From IMG/VR virus record IMGVR_UViG_3300017917_002918, positions 32,001 to 96,000 of that record: a DNA stretch of 64,000 bases; one strand, written 5' to 3'. The position numbers and the translations under genes are program-made. Below, in pieces: positions 1-9,671 of the stretch. Position 1 is the first letter of the stretch, and each line of letters starts with the position of its first letter. This DNA comes from a virus. Below the pieces are notes generated by a model. That model was given only the letters and a program-made list of their open reading frames with translations, had not been told where the DNA came from and ran no database searches.

Positions 1-9
1 AAAGGCTAT

Positions 10-231
10 GTGGATGGTAGATTTAACAGTACGAATAGTGAAATGAAAGACTTGAGAAAAGAGCTGACTGATAAAATGGAATCAGGGTTTAAAGAGATAA
101 AAACTATAATTGAGAACAAAGAAACAGTAAAAGATAATAAAAAGTGGATACTAATTAGTAGTTTAGTATCCCCTTTAATTGTTGGATTTATTTTATTAAT
201 TGCACAATATTTGTTAATGCAATCTAAATAA
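10..231 (+). CDS. Small membrane protein (coiled coil plus C-terminal TM helix), lysis-module associated; probably starts before the window
   Basis: Hydrophobic C-terminus WILISSLVSPLIVGFILLIAQYLL; directly upstream of holin-like and endolysin genes. Confidence 0.5.
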   Translation: MDGRFNSTNSEMKDLRKELTDKMESGFKEIKTIIENKETVKDNKKWILISSLVSPLIVGFILLIAQYLLMQSK

Positions 232-239
232 TAAACAAA

Positions 240-653
240 TTGAAAGCGGTGATCTCGATGGGTTTTGTTAAATCATTTTTCAGTATCGATGAAAGAAGAG
301 TTAGTTCATTGATTATAGGATTTTTTATTTTAATGGGTATTGCTGTGTACAAATCAGTTATAGGTCAAGATATACCACAAAACCTTATGACATTACTCAT
401 CGTGTTTATCACAACAATTGGTGGAGTGAATGTTATACCAGAAGTAACAAATCTTATAAGTACTAATAAACAATCAAATTATAATAATATGAACAATAGT
501 TATGGTGGTTACAGTAATTATGGTGGCTACAATTCAGGATATGGTTATGGTGGTTATGGCACAAACAATAACTATACTACTTCATATGTAAATCCGACTG
601 TACCTGTAGTTACAAGTGACGTAAATGATCCTTCCAATACAGGCAACATATAA
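240..653 (+). CDS. Putative holin with Gly/Tyr/Asn-rich tail (likely start ATG 258)
   Basis: Two predicted TM helices; immediately upstream of amidase; low-complexity NSYGGYSNYGGY tail. Confidence 0.6.
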   Translation: MKAVISMGFVKSFFSIDERRVSSLIIGFFILMGIAVYKSVIGQDIPQNLMTLLIVFITTIGGVNVIPEVTNLISTNKQSNYNNMNNSYGGYSNYGGYNSGYGYGGYGTNNNYTTSYVNPTVPVVTSDVNDPSNTGNI

Positions 654-672
654 GTGAATAGAGTGAAAGGAT

Positions 673-1617
673 GTGATGATTGTGGAAATTATCAAGAAAT
701 TAATTAAATATAATTATACTACAAAGCCAAATAGAAAGTTTTCTTTCATTTGTGTTCATGACACCGATAATGTAGATATGGGAGCAAATGCACTAATGCA
801 CTATAATTATTTTAATGAAGGTAATAAAAATGCTTCTGCTGATTTCTTCGTTGATGATAAACAAGTAATACAATTAATCGACATTGACAATGCGTATTCA
901 TGGGCGGTCGGTGATGGCTATGGTAAATACGGAATAACAAATGCTAACTCAATTAGCGTGGAGATTTGTATTAACTCAGATGGCAATTATAACACAGCAG
1001 TAATAAATACAATTGAGTTAGTTGCATATCTGATGAGGACATATAACATACCGATTGAACGTGTTGTTTCACACCACATGGCGAGCAGGAAAATTTGCCC
1101 AAAAAGTATGTATGACAACGGAAAATGGACGGGTTGGAATAAGTTTAAACGTGATTTGGCTAACTTCATAGCACCTAGCAACAACATAGTAGTTAAGTCT
1201 GCTCCGCCTCCTGCACCAGTTATAGAGCAATGGCAAATTAATACCATGAATTATTTACTTGAGAATAAATTAATTCCACCAAATCAATTTAATGCAAATA
1301 CACCTGTTACATTGGCTTTGTTTGCAGATATAATGAATGCTTATAAATATAAAGCGGGAAGCATAGATCCTATTCCATTCTTGACACAAAACGGTTATAT
1401 TAAAGATCCTCATCCTTGGAACGAATTGTTGAATTTTGAAACTTTCGGGTATATAATGATGAATAAGCTAGGTGATGGTAATGGATTAGATCCTTTGGTG
1501 TATTTACAGACAAAAAGATTTTTAAAGAGTCCAAAAGAACCAAATACTATTATAACTGTATCTGTATTGGGTGCTATATTCATGAATTGGACTAGCCTTG
1601 GTAATGTGATGCCTTGA
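673..1617 (+). CDS. N-acetylmuramoyl-L-alanine amidase (Amidase_2) endolysin
   Basis: ICVHDT, ASADFFVDD, SISVEIC, VVSHH...KICP Zn-amidase motifs; Pro-rich linker; repeated C-terminal domain. Confidence 0.9.
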   Translation: MMIVEIIKKLIKYNYTTKPNRKFSFICVHDTDNVDMGANALMHYNYFNEGNKNASADFFVDDKQVIQLIDIDNAYSWAVGDGYGKYGITNANSISVEICINSDGNYNTAVINTIELVAYLMRTYNIPIERVVSHHMASRKICPKSMYDNGKWTGWNKFKRDLANFIAPSNNIVVKSAPPPAPVIEQWQINTMNYLLENKLIPPNQFNANTPVTLALFADIMNAYKYKAGSIDPIPFLTQNGYIKDPHPWNELLNFETFGYIMMNKLGDGNGLDPLVYLQTKRFLKSPKEPNTIITVSVLGAIFMNWTSLGNVMP

Positions 1618-1622
1618 TTAAA

Positions 1623-1660
1623 ATAGCCATATGTTATAGTCGCATATGGCTATACTTTTT
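1623..1660. terminator. Intrinsic (probably bidirectional) terminator between convergent genes
   Basis: ATAGCCATATG (1623-1633) / CATATGGCTAT (1643-1653) inverted repeat followed by a T-run. Confidence 0.75.
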
Positions 1661-2279
1661 ATTCAAAATTCACACTTTTCAATCCATTCAACAATAACAA
1701 TTCCATGATTTGATATTTTTTTAATGGCGTTTTTTGACTTAACACAGCTATTACTTCGTGAATCTCAACTCGTGCAGGAAAACTGAATGTTGGAAGTTTA
1801 TCATCAAACTTAATTTTTTCTTTTTTGCTTGTAAAAGACATAGGTTTTGCTTCTTCTTTTTGTAAATCTTCTATTTTAGTAATATATTTTTGAACAATTG
1901 TACTTAAACTTTCTTCATTAGTGTTTTCTATATTATTATCTATTGGTTTTTCATTGTTACTTTCTATAATAACTTCTAATACTTTTTCTATAGCTATTTC
2001 ATCTTCTAAAGCTTCAACTTCTACTTTTCCATTAGTAATATCTATTTCTTTTTCAAGGACTTTTTCCTTTCCTAAACCTTTAGTAATAGGTTTTATCATA
2101 TCTTCTGCTTTGACTTCTGTAATACCTTTTTCAATAGGTTCTATAGTAGTGTCTACAATAGGTTCTACCTTGGTATTACTATTATCATTAACCTTTTCTC
2201 CTTCTTCTACAACCTCTGATAATTGAGCTGCTAATGCTCTACTCATTCTATCCGATACACTTGGACGTTTATTTGCCAT
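1659..2279 (-). CDS. ParA partner / centromere-binding protein (type Ib-like)
   Basis: Overlaps parA stop; long acidic disordered region and short C-terminal beta-alpha-alpha (RHH-like) segment. Confidence 0.55.
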   Translation of the reverse strand: MANKRPSVSDRMSRALAAQLSEVVEEGEKVNDNSNTKVEPIVDTTIEPIEKGITEVKAEDMIKPITKGLGKEKVLEKEIDITNGKVEVEALEDEIAIEKVLEVIIESNNEKPIDNNIENTNEESLSTIVQKYITKIEDLQKEEAKPMSFTSKKEKIKFDDKLPTFSFPARVEIHEVIAVLSQKTPLKKYQIMELLLLNGLKSVNFE

Positions 2280-3027
2280 AATTAATCACCTCTTCTGCTA
2301 ATTTCATATATGCTTGAGAGCCTTCAAATTCCATTCCTGCATATTCCATTATTGACTTGCATGCTAGACAAGAATCCGAAAATTTAATACTTCTCTTAAT
2401 AATAATACCAAATACTGGATACTTCTTTTTAAGCTCTTCGAGTATTTCTTGATGATGTTTTATTCTTCCATCGAAAAGTGCCACCAACACACCCATTAAT
2501 TCAATCTTCAAATCTAATGTCTTCTTTATTCCATTTAAAGTTTCAAATAAGATCTCCATACCTCTAAATGCTAAATACGAAGGTTCAATTGGTGCGATTA
2601 TATAATCGCTTGCTATCATTGCGTTTATTGTTAATATTCCTAATGATGGAGTATTATCTATAACAATATAATCATAGTTTTCTTTAATATGAGACAATTT
2701 TTCTCTTAAAATAAACTCCCTACCTATTTTGCTCGATATTTCGGTCTCTCCTGCTGACAAATCAATTGATGAAGGTAAAATATCAATATTATGATTATTT
2801 GTCCTCAGAATGGCTTCTGTGATGTCGCATTTTTCAGTCATAACATCATACATTGTCTTTTTTTGCTCCAAAGGTTCAAATCCAGCATAAATTGTCAAAC
2901 TTGACTGGGGATCATTATCAATCATTAAAACTTTCTTATTTAATAATGTGAGTGCATATGTCAAATTAATTGTACTGGAAGTTTTTGTAACACCACCTTT
3001 ATTATTAACCATTGAAATTACTTTCAT
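2269..3027 (-). CDS. parA: ParA/Soj family partition ATPase
   Basis: NNKGGVTKT deviant Walker A, IDNDPQ, YIVIDNTP Walker B; RBS AGGAGG supports ATG 3027 rather than 3174. Confidence 0.9.
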   Translation of the reverse strand: MKVISMVNNKGGVTKTSSTINLTYALTLLNKKVLMIDNDPQSSLTIYAGFEPLEQKKTMYDVMTEKCDITEAILRTNNHNIDILPSSIDLSAGETEISSKIGREFILREKLSHIKENYDYIVIDNTPSLGILTINAMIASDYIIAPIEPSYLAFRGMEILFETLNGIKKTLDLKIELMGVLVALFDGRIKHHQEILEELKKKYPVFGIIIKRSIKFSDSCLACKSIMEYAGMEFEGSQAYMKLAEEVINYGK

Positions 3028-3786
3028 TAACATTCCTCCTAAATATATATTACTTACATTTGCATTTGTTTTAATAATTCTTACAACATATAGTTTAGTG
3101 TATATTTTTGTAAATGTCAACATATTAATTAAATGTAATTCTTTTTGTGTAGTAACAAGTATTAATTTTAACATTGTTATTAAATTTATTATTATTATAC
3201 TAAATCATATGTTATTCTCTAAAACTTATTGATATATTATTGTTTTTATTTTTAATATTGGGAATCATTTTTGATTTACACTTATATGTACTAATACTAT
3301 GTTTATCAACACTACTACTATTATTGTTATATATGTTTCTATTAGTATTATAATAGTATTATGTTTTACTTTTTTGTTTCACATCATTATTCTTAACTAT
3401 ATTTTATTTTTTATTAATATTTGAATATTTTTGTTGTTTATTATCTTATTACTTATATTTTTTATTATTGTTATATTTATATATTTGACTTTTACATACA
3501 CTAATATTTTTAGTATTCATATATAATTGTTGTTTTGTTTTAATATTTATATATTTATTCTTAATCAATTCAAAAAACATATCACTAAACCTTTAGGTAA
3601 AACTTTAAACATATTTTTCTTCACATTTAATAATATTTTTATACTTAATGCTAATACTAAAAGTGGTTGTATCACTAATGTGATCTTAATACATAATACT
3701 ATAAATATTACTACAACTATTTTTTTCAAAGTTGCATAAACTTGAATATTATGGTACGATGTTAGAAAAATAATAGAGGTGATAAT

Positions 3787-4794
3787 ATGGCTAAAAAACC
3801 TAATGAACCACTGAAACAATACATTTCTGTTGCAAACAATAGTGAAATATATAAACTAGGTAAGGCATTAACGACTAAGGATTTCTTTTCGTCAATAGAG
3901 GGACAAGATCCTTCTGCCGAGATAAGTGATTCTAAAAAGAATATCATTATGCAGATAACCGAATATGACGTAGTTAAAAAACCTTCACTATTGATGAAGG
4001 CTACGAAAAAAGAAGAGATAGTAAACAAGGTAACTGAGAGATTAGAAAGCCTAGATCAGAATACTAGGGATGTATATTTGATATTATTTACGCATTGGAT
4101 GAAAAATAAGATTGGTGAAGGGTTAGAAGATGAGGGAAAAGCATTTATTGAGTTAGATTCTATTCATTTCGACTATAGAGGACTAAGAGGTAAAAACTTA
4201 ACTTCATCAATGGACGCACCAACTTATACTAATTACATTCAAGCAATTGATACGTTGTCTGCAACGAAGGTGAAAATAGACATAACAAAAGAAACTAATG
4301 TAGCATATGAAAAGATTAAAAGTTTAAAATGGGGAGCAGTCGAAGGATTCTTAATAAATAATCTTCGATTAATTTGGAATGATAAAAAATCTAAAGTCAT
4401 AGGTTTATTTTATGATTTGGGTCTGATAGGGGAGGCGTATACGCAACATGTTCCTCAAATTAACAACAAGTACCCAACTGCAATATTACAATTAGACTCT
4501 AAAAATTACGCTACAGCAAAGGATATAGGGAATTACCTATGTTTTCTACATCGTTGTAATGAAAATGCAAACAACAAGAAAACCATATTGGGGTTGTATA
4601 GTTTGATGATGGAAGTTAGATTTGAGGTACAATCTCGTTATGCACAGAGATGTATTGATAGATTTTTAAAGCATTTAACAAAAATTGAAGATGTATTAAT
4701 AAAGAATGGCATTGTAAGATCAATAAAAATACCAACTGATATACATTCTAAGAATTATAAAACTCAACAAATTGAAGTAAATTGGTTTTATTAA
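3787..4794 (+). CDS. Putative plasmid-type replication initiator (Rep-like)
   Basis: Divergent from parA and immediately followed by three perfect 21-bp direct repeats; family not recognised, call is contextual. Confidence 0.5.
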   Translation: MAKKPNEPLKQYISVANNSEIYKLGKALTTKDFFSSIEGQDPSAEISDSKKNIIMQITEYDVVKKPSLLMKATKKEEIVNKVTERLESLDQNTRDVYLILFTHWMKNKIGEGLEDEGKAFIELDSIHFDYRGLRGKNLTSSMDAPTYTNYIQAIDTLSATKVKIDITKETNVAYEKIKSLKWGAVEGFLINNLRLIWNDKKSKVIGLFYDLGLIGEAYTQHVPQINNKYPTAILQLDSKNYATAKDIGNYLCFLHRCNENANNKKTILGLYSLMMEVRFEVQSRYAQRCIDRFLKHLTKIEDVLIKNGIVRSIKIPTDIHSKNYKTQQIEVNWFY

Positions 4795-4805
4795 CTGTCA
4801 CCAAA

Positions 4806-4868
4806 TAAGGGATCACGATCACATTTTAAGGGATCACGATCACATTTTAAGGGATCACGATCACATTT
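4806..4868 (+). repeat. Three perfect tandem 21-bp repeats (iteron-like, putative origin)
   Basis: TAAGGGATCACGATCACATTT at 4806, 4827, 4848; no spacers. Confidence 0.85.
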
Positions 4869-5181
4869 GAAAAGTTAAAACATTGTCATGTGAACACTTT
4901 TAGGGATTTAAATGTTGGGGTATGTCTTTAAGATCTTTAAGAGAAAGTCATCCCCACTTTTCAAATGTAGTTTTTTTTGGTACACTATAAATACAAAGCC
5001 TATACAAAGAACAAACCCCATATAATCCCACTCGCCAGTGAAAGTATTATATGAGGCTCACATTTACATTTACTTATTAACTTTTTAATGTATGTATATA
5101 GTATACCACTAATTCATACATATAGTCAATATTTAAATGTCTTCTTTGTCATGGATTTTTACAGATGAGGAGGATTTTTTC

Positions 5182-6051
5182 ATGTTAGCAAAAGATACGT
5201 TTTTCAAGGGTTACGATATGATATTTGAAATGGAACTTTCCATTTATGCAAAAATGGTATATTTTTACTTAAGCAAATGTAAGAATAATGATAACACCTG
5301 TTTCCCTTGTCATTTCACAATCGCAAAGAACTGTTCCTGCGGTGTTACAAAAGTTAAAGAAGCTATAAAGGAATTGGTCGCTCATAAATTGTTACTGAAG
5401 GAAGAAAGATATACTGGAACAAAAAAGGGCAAAAACTCCCAAACGTCAAACTTATATACTGTTTATAACAAACCTCAAGAAATAGAAATTGAAAACAAAA
5501 ATGAAATAGAAGAACAACCCAAAGTAGAACCTGTTAAAATTGAAATGGTACAAGCTGAAGATAATGTTGTTCCATTTGAGAAACCAATAGAAAAAGAGAA
5601 TGTTAATTTAACGACTAGGGGGCAGTCGCAGGATGACTACAGAACTGGATCTTCATTTAACTTAACTTCTAAACCTAGTAGATCTATCTATCTATCTAAT
5701 CAAGATCATAAAGCAGAAATGATGGAAGATTTAAACTCAGTTTTTGTTAATTCACAAGTAAGTTTATATGATAAGCCGTATAAGAATATGATTACTGCGA
5801 CAATATCAAGTATGTTTTGTGATGATTCTAAGCAATCATTCAGTGCCAAACATAGATTACCGTTGAGAATTATTCAATCTCACTTAAAAGAATTAACACT
5901 CGAAACAATAGATTATGCGATATATAATTATAAACAAGAATTAGAATCAGGAAAACAAATTCATTCACCAAATAAATATTTCGCAGAATGTTTATGGACT
6001 GCTATATTAGATTATCCATTGTCTGAAATAGGCTTATATTCGGCTGTGTGA
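5182..6051 (+). CDS. Winged-HTH (HTH_36-like) replication-initiator-like protein
   Basis: LSIYAKMVYFYL...CFPCHFTIAKNCSCGVTKVKEAIKEL...SNLY N-terminal pattern; RBS GAGGAGG 5167-5173. Confidence 0.65.
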   Translation: MLAKDTFFKGYDMIFEMELSIYAKMVYFYLSKCKNNDNTCFPCHFTIAKNCSCGVTKVKEAIKELVAHKLLLKEERYTGTKKGKNSQTSNLYTVYNKPQEIEIENKNEIEEQPKVEPVKIEMVQAEDNVVPFEKPIEKENVNLTTRGQSQDDYRTGSSFNLTSKPSRSIYLSNQDHKAEMMEDLNSVFVNSQVSLYDKPYKNMITATISSMFCDDSKQSFSAKHRLPLRIIQSHLKELTLETIDYAIYNYKQELESGKQIHSPNKYFAECLWTAILDYPLSEIGLYSAV

Positions 6052-6121
6052 TGGATTTATTGGTAACTGAGCTAATTAGTCAAAATTATATTTATACCGA
6101 TAAGAGAGTGGAGAAGATGTT

Positions 6122-7045
6122 ATGTTAGATTCATTACCTAGTTATGTTGAGAATTATTTTAATTATATGACAACAATCAAAGCCAAGTCTTTTAACACCA
6201 ATCATTGTTACAGATATGATTTAATTGAGTTTTTTAATTATATGAATAACAATATTCTGTTAAATAAACTTGAACGATTAGATATGATTGTGATTGATGA
6301 TTTGAAAAGTCTTGAATTGACTGATTTTTATAATTATATCTTATATCTCAAAGCCAATAATAACCTGAAGAGTTCATCGGCAAATAGAAAATTAGCATCC
6401 ATAAAGTCACTTTTTAACTATTTATGTAACAAGGAAAAATTACTAGAAACAAATGTTACAAAAGAATTAACATACTCTCTTTTGCCAAGAAAAATACCAA
6501 TATACTTAACTCTAGAGGAGTCTAAAACACTATTGAAGTCTGTAACTGGTAAAAATAGTGAAAGGGATTTTGCTATTTTGTTACTATTTTTAACAAGCGG
6601 TATAAGGCTGTCTGAGCTTATTAATATAAAAATGAATGATATTAAGAATGATTTATTAATTGTGACTGGAAAAAGCGATAAGGAAAGAACCATACCACTG
6701 AATAAGTCATGTATTGTTGCTATTGATGAGTATTTAAAAATAAGAAGCAAACTAAATGTCAAAACAGATATATTGTTTGTTACAATTAGAAAAACTAAAA
6801 TGAGTCCAGATTCAATTCAACTATTGATGAAAAAGTATTTAAAATTATCAGAACTAAGTAACAAGTACTCGCCACATAAACTTAGACATACAGCAGCCAC
6901 TTTGATGTACAAGCAGAATGTTGATATAATCGCTCTAAAAGAATTATTAGGGCATGAGTCTATACAAACTACAGCTATATATACTCATACTGATGTCAAA
7001 AACATAAAGGATGCCCTAGATGGACACCCCTTGAACAAGAAATAA
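6122..7045 (+). CDS. XerC/XerD-family tyrosine recombinase, catalytically intact
   Basis: SGIRLSEL (R), GKSDKER (K), HKLRH, LLGHE, TTAIY (Y); N-terminal SAM-like domain. Confidence 0.92.
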   Translation: MLDSLPSYVENYFNYMTTIKAKSFNTNHCYRYDLIEFFNYMNNNILLNKLERLDMIVIDDLKSLELTDFYNYILYLKANNNLKSSSANRKLASIKSLFNYLCNKEKLLETNVTKELTYSLLPRKIPIYLTLEESKTLLKSVTGKNSERDFAILLLFLTSGIRLSELINIKMNDIKNDLLIVTGKSDKERTIPLNKSCIVAIDEYLKIRSKLNVKTDILFVTIRKTKMSPDSIQLLMKKYLKLSELSNKYSPHKLRHTAATLMYKQNVDIIALKELLGHESIQTTAIYTHTDVKNIKDALDGHPLNKK

Positions 7046-7068
7046 ATTTATAATTTAATTAGTTATAG

Positions 7069-7731
7069 CTACTTCTTACTTTTGATTTCTTTAAACTTGC
7101 TACACGTTATTATATTTTGATTACTAACACTAACTTCTTCCTGAATCCTACCTTCTACTGCTTTGTTTAGTATACTACAGTTATTTTTTAATTTAGAGCA
7201 CTTGTTACATTCATTTTCCATAAACAAATTCAAATCATTTAAATCTTTAAATATTCCGATATACTCAACAGGTGTTATAACCATTTTTATATGGGGATTT
7301 GAGCCATTATATGTAATACTATTAACTCTTTCACATGTAACATTATCATCTTCCCATATTTTACCACTTGAAGTTATACCGTCTAAAATCTCCTTCCAAT
7401 AATTGTTAGCATCCATGTCAATTCTAGGAAAAACGAAATTTGCATCTATGTAAAAATGTTGATAATCATTAGGCACTAAGAACCATCCTTGTTTCTTGAC
7501 TTCATCCTTAACATACTTTACAAATTGTTCTTTAAATTTTTTAGCATCGGCTGTAGTATACATTGATATTTGAGGGCGTAATTTGCCATTAACCTTCATC
7601 ATAAACGCACGAGGTTTAATATAATGATTGACCCCTTCTGGAATTGACGATGTTAATGTCAGCTTGCAATCTAGCTTTTCATAATAATTATCACTAATCT
7701 CTTTAATTTTTTCTTCAATTTTACTACTCAC
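7069..7731 (-). CDS. rusA: RusA-like Holliday junction resolvase
   Basis: PEGVNHY start, DMDANNYWKEILDG and WEDD acidic motifs; C-terminal CxxC. Confidence 0.7.
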   Translation of the reverse strand: MSSKIEEKIKEISDNYYEKLDCKLTLTSSIPEGVNHYIKPRAFMMKVNGKLRPQISMYTTADAKKFKEQFVKYVKDEVKKQGWFLVPNDYQHFYIDANFVFPRIDMDANNYWKEILDGITSSGKIWEDDNVTCERVNSITYNGSNPHIKMVITPVEYIGIFKDLNDLNLFMENECNKCSKLKNNCSILNKAVEGRIQEEVSVSNQNIITCSKFKEIKSKK

Positions 7732-7780
7732 TAAATTATCACATCCTATATATTATCATATTTTAATTACTAACTAACTG

Positions 7781-8017
7781 CTAACGCTCATTAAAAGCAT
7801 TAACACTCACGAATGGAACTTTTATCACAAACGTATCCATAAACGCTAACAAGCAATCTTCACACAAACAAAACTTCCCTACCAACAAATCAAATGGGCT
7901 GCCATACTTAAATCTCACTTCCATCTGATGCCTCAAATTACAATCCATAATATTCATGTTACCTTGCTCGTCCATTGGTAAAGTATTACCACATTTGTTA
8001 CATGTCAAATTGTTCAT
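7781..8017 (-). CDS. Small Zn-ribbon hypothetical protein
   Basis: CNKC...CEDC; RBS and own promoter. Confidence 0.6.
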   Translation of the reverse strand: MNNLTCNKCGNTLPMDEQGNMNIMDCNLRHQMEVRFKYGSPFDLLVGKFCLCEDCLLAFMDTFVIKVPFVSVNAFNER

Positions 8018-8047
8018 ATGAATCCTCTCTTATTCGTTTATAATTTA

Positions 8048-8075
8048 ATTATAACATGGGAAATAAAATTGTCAA
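8048..8075 (-). promoter_or_regulatory. SigA-type promoter
   Basis: TTGACA-16 bp-TATAAT with TGn extension; overlaps repeated motif. Confidence 0.75.
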
Positions 8076-8128
8076 TCAAAAAATTTAGGAATTATGCATA
8101 GAAATAATATTAATTTATAAATTACTTA

Positions 8129-8707
8129 TTAATTGCCATATGAAATGACATAAATCGTTCTAGTATGTCTACCGAAGTTTGTAGCTTCTTTATCATTACT
8201 TGTGAAAATATCTACATCGTATGTACCCACTCCACTTCCAGTATCCATGTTTGTGTATGTATTAGTAAATCCTTCAATTCTTATCTTTGTCCCATATTTC
8301 CAGTTTTTGCCCATTGCAACTGTCACACCTTCGATTACTCGTTTACCTGAACTGGTTATACCATATTCTTTGTGACTAGGATATTTGCCACATGATTCAT
8401 ATGATAAAGAATACATTGTTACACTACCCTTAAATGACGTAATATAATCGAATAGTGACCTAGTTTCCCTTACATCAAGTGAACGTGATATTGCTGTCTT
8501 TGTAACAGTAGGCATTGCTGTTGGCGTAGGATTTGTCGTTGGTACAGATGTAGTTAACTGCATAGTTATAATTGGTTTTGATGCGTTGTTATTCTTTGTA
8601 TTAACGTTCATTCTCATTGATGTGATTGCAAAATATACAATGTTAATTACCATGAAAATAAGCATTAACCTAGATATACATTTTAAAATAAAAACAGCCC
8701 CTCTCAA
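8129..8707 (-). CDS. 3D-domain cell-wall hydrolase-like membrane protein
   Basis: N-terminal TM, Thr/Pro linker, GITSSG...VA...GTKI...DTG...DVDIF. Confidence 0.8.
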   Translation of the reverse strand: MRGAVFILKCISRLMLIFMVINIVYFAITSMRMNVNTKNNNASKPIITMQLTTSVPTTNPTPTAMPTVTKTAISRSLDVRETRSLFDYITSFKGSVTMYSLSYESCGKYPSHKEYGITSSGKRVIEGVTVAMGKNWKYGTKIRIEGFTNTYTNMDTGSGVGTYDVDIFTSNDKEATNFGRHTRTIYVISYGN

Positions 8708-8765
8708 ATTGCATAATTCCTAAATAAGCAACAATCTATATAATCGAGCAATAATGCTCGTTGTT

Positions 8766-9044
8766 TTAGTTGTTTGACTCAGCAATATCGTCTATTGTTA
8801 TTTGTTGACATTTTGGAATTAATACACTTGCGATCATTGTTTTTCTTATCTTTACATTGCCATCAACGACAAATTCAACGATATAATCTATCTTATTCTT
8901 CTTGCGAGATCTTGTTACCACTTCTGCCTCAAGTCCCTTGAGTGATTCATATAAGTTGCCTATATAGATTACAAGATCTCCGATATTATGCTCATACTCA
9001 GGAACAAGTGGGTTTCTGTTTGATTTCTTTTTAGTTGTTTTCAT
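8766..9044 (-). CDS. Hypothetical protein (SH3/KOW-like)
   Basis: IGDLV pattern; operon context. Confidence 0.45.
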   Translation of the reverse strand: MKTTKKKSNRNPLVPEYEHNIGDLVIYIGNLYESLKGLEAEVVTRSRKKNKIDYIVEFVVDGNVKIRKTMIASVLIPKCQQITIDDIAESNN

Positions 9045-9050
9045 TATTAC

Positions 9051-9359
9051 TCACCACTCTTCCTTGAGAACATCTTCTATATTTTCCCACTCATAACTAC
9101 TAAATTTATTTTTGTAATTTAAAATATTTTCACCCATATGATTTAAAACATCTAATAAATCAATACATACAGTTGTATGAAATAAAATTACTTTAATACT
9201 GCCTTCCGACAAATAATCATATCCAACGATATTTGCAAATTCTTCTAATCTATCAAATTCCACATGACACCACACTTCTAATTCATCGTTTAATGATTGT
9301 ATATGGTTCTCAGTATAATCTAAAAAGTCATATAGCTTTACGTTTACTAAATCCATCAC
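9051..9359 (-). CDS. Hypothetical protein
   Basis: ORF with RBS in operon. Confidence 0.55.
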   Translation of the reverse strand: MMDLVNVKLYDFLDYTENHIQSLNDELEVWCHVEFDRLEEFANIVGYDYLSEGSIKVILFHTTVCIDLLDVLNHMGENILNYKNKFSSYEWENIEDVLKEEW

Positions 9360-9362
9360 TCA

Positions 9363-9578
9363 TCACTCCTTTTCATCCACGATATCTGCAATATTATACA
9401 AAGCATTTTTGAGATCCCGTGGACAACAGACTTGTGGTAGATTCTCAAATACTTTCTTTATGCGGTTTACCTTTTGTTTAAGAAACTCTACTTCATCTTT
9501 TAAACTTCTCACCTCTTTTTCATCGCTATTGCAAAGCTCTTCCAACAAGTGAACAATTAGCTTTCTCTTACTCATCAT
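9363..9578 (-). CDS. Hypothetical coiled-coil protein
   Basis: ORF with RBS in operon. Confidence 0.5.
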   Translation of the reverse strand: MMSKRKLIVHLLEELCNSDEKEVRSLKDEVEFLKQKVNRIKKVFENLPQVCCPRDLKNALYNIADIVDEKE

Positions 9579-9671
9579 TTACCACACTCCTCTTTGTATT
9601 AATGGATTACATACTGGTCACTTTAAAAATTACATAGGGACTGATACATCCCTATGCTTATTATAATTTAA

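Noticed and set aside
3028-3174. N-terminal extension of ParA in the ORF track
   Set aside because: Strong RBS directly before ATG 3027, and the ParA fold starts there.
3527-4028. Short ORFs in the AT-rich tract and antisense to the rep-like gene
   Set aside because: Low-complexity translations with no RBS; likely spurious.
4806-4868. CRISPR array
   Set aside because: Repeats are directly adjacent with no spacers and no cas genes; an iteron reading fits better.
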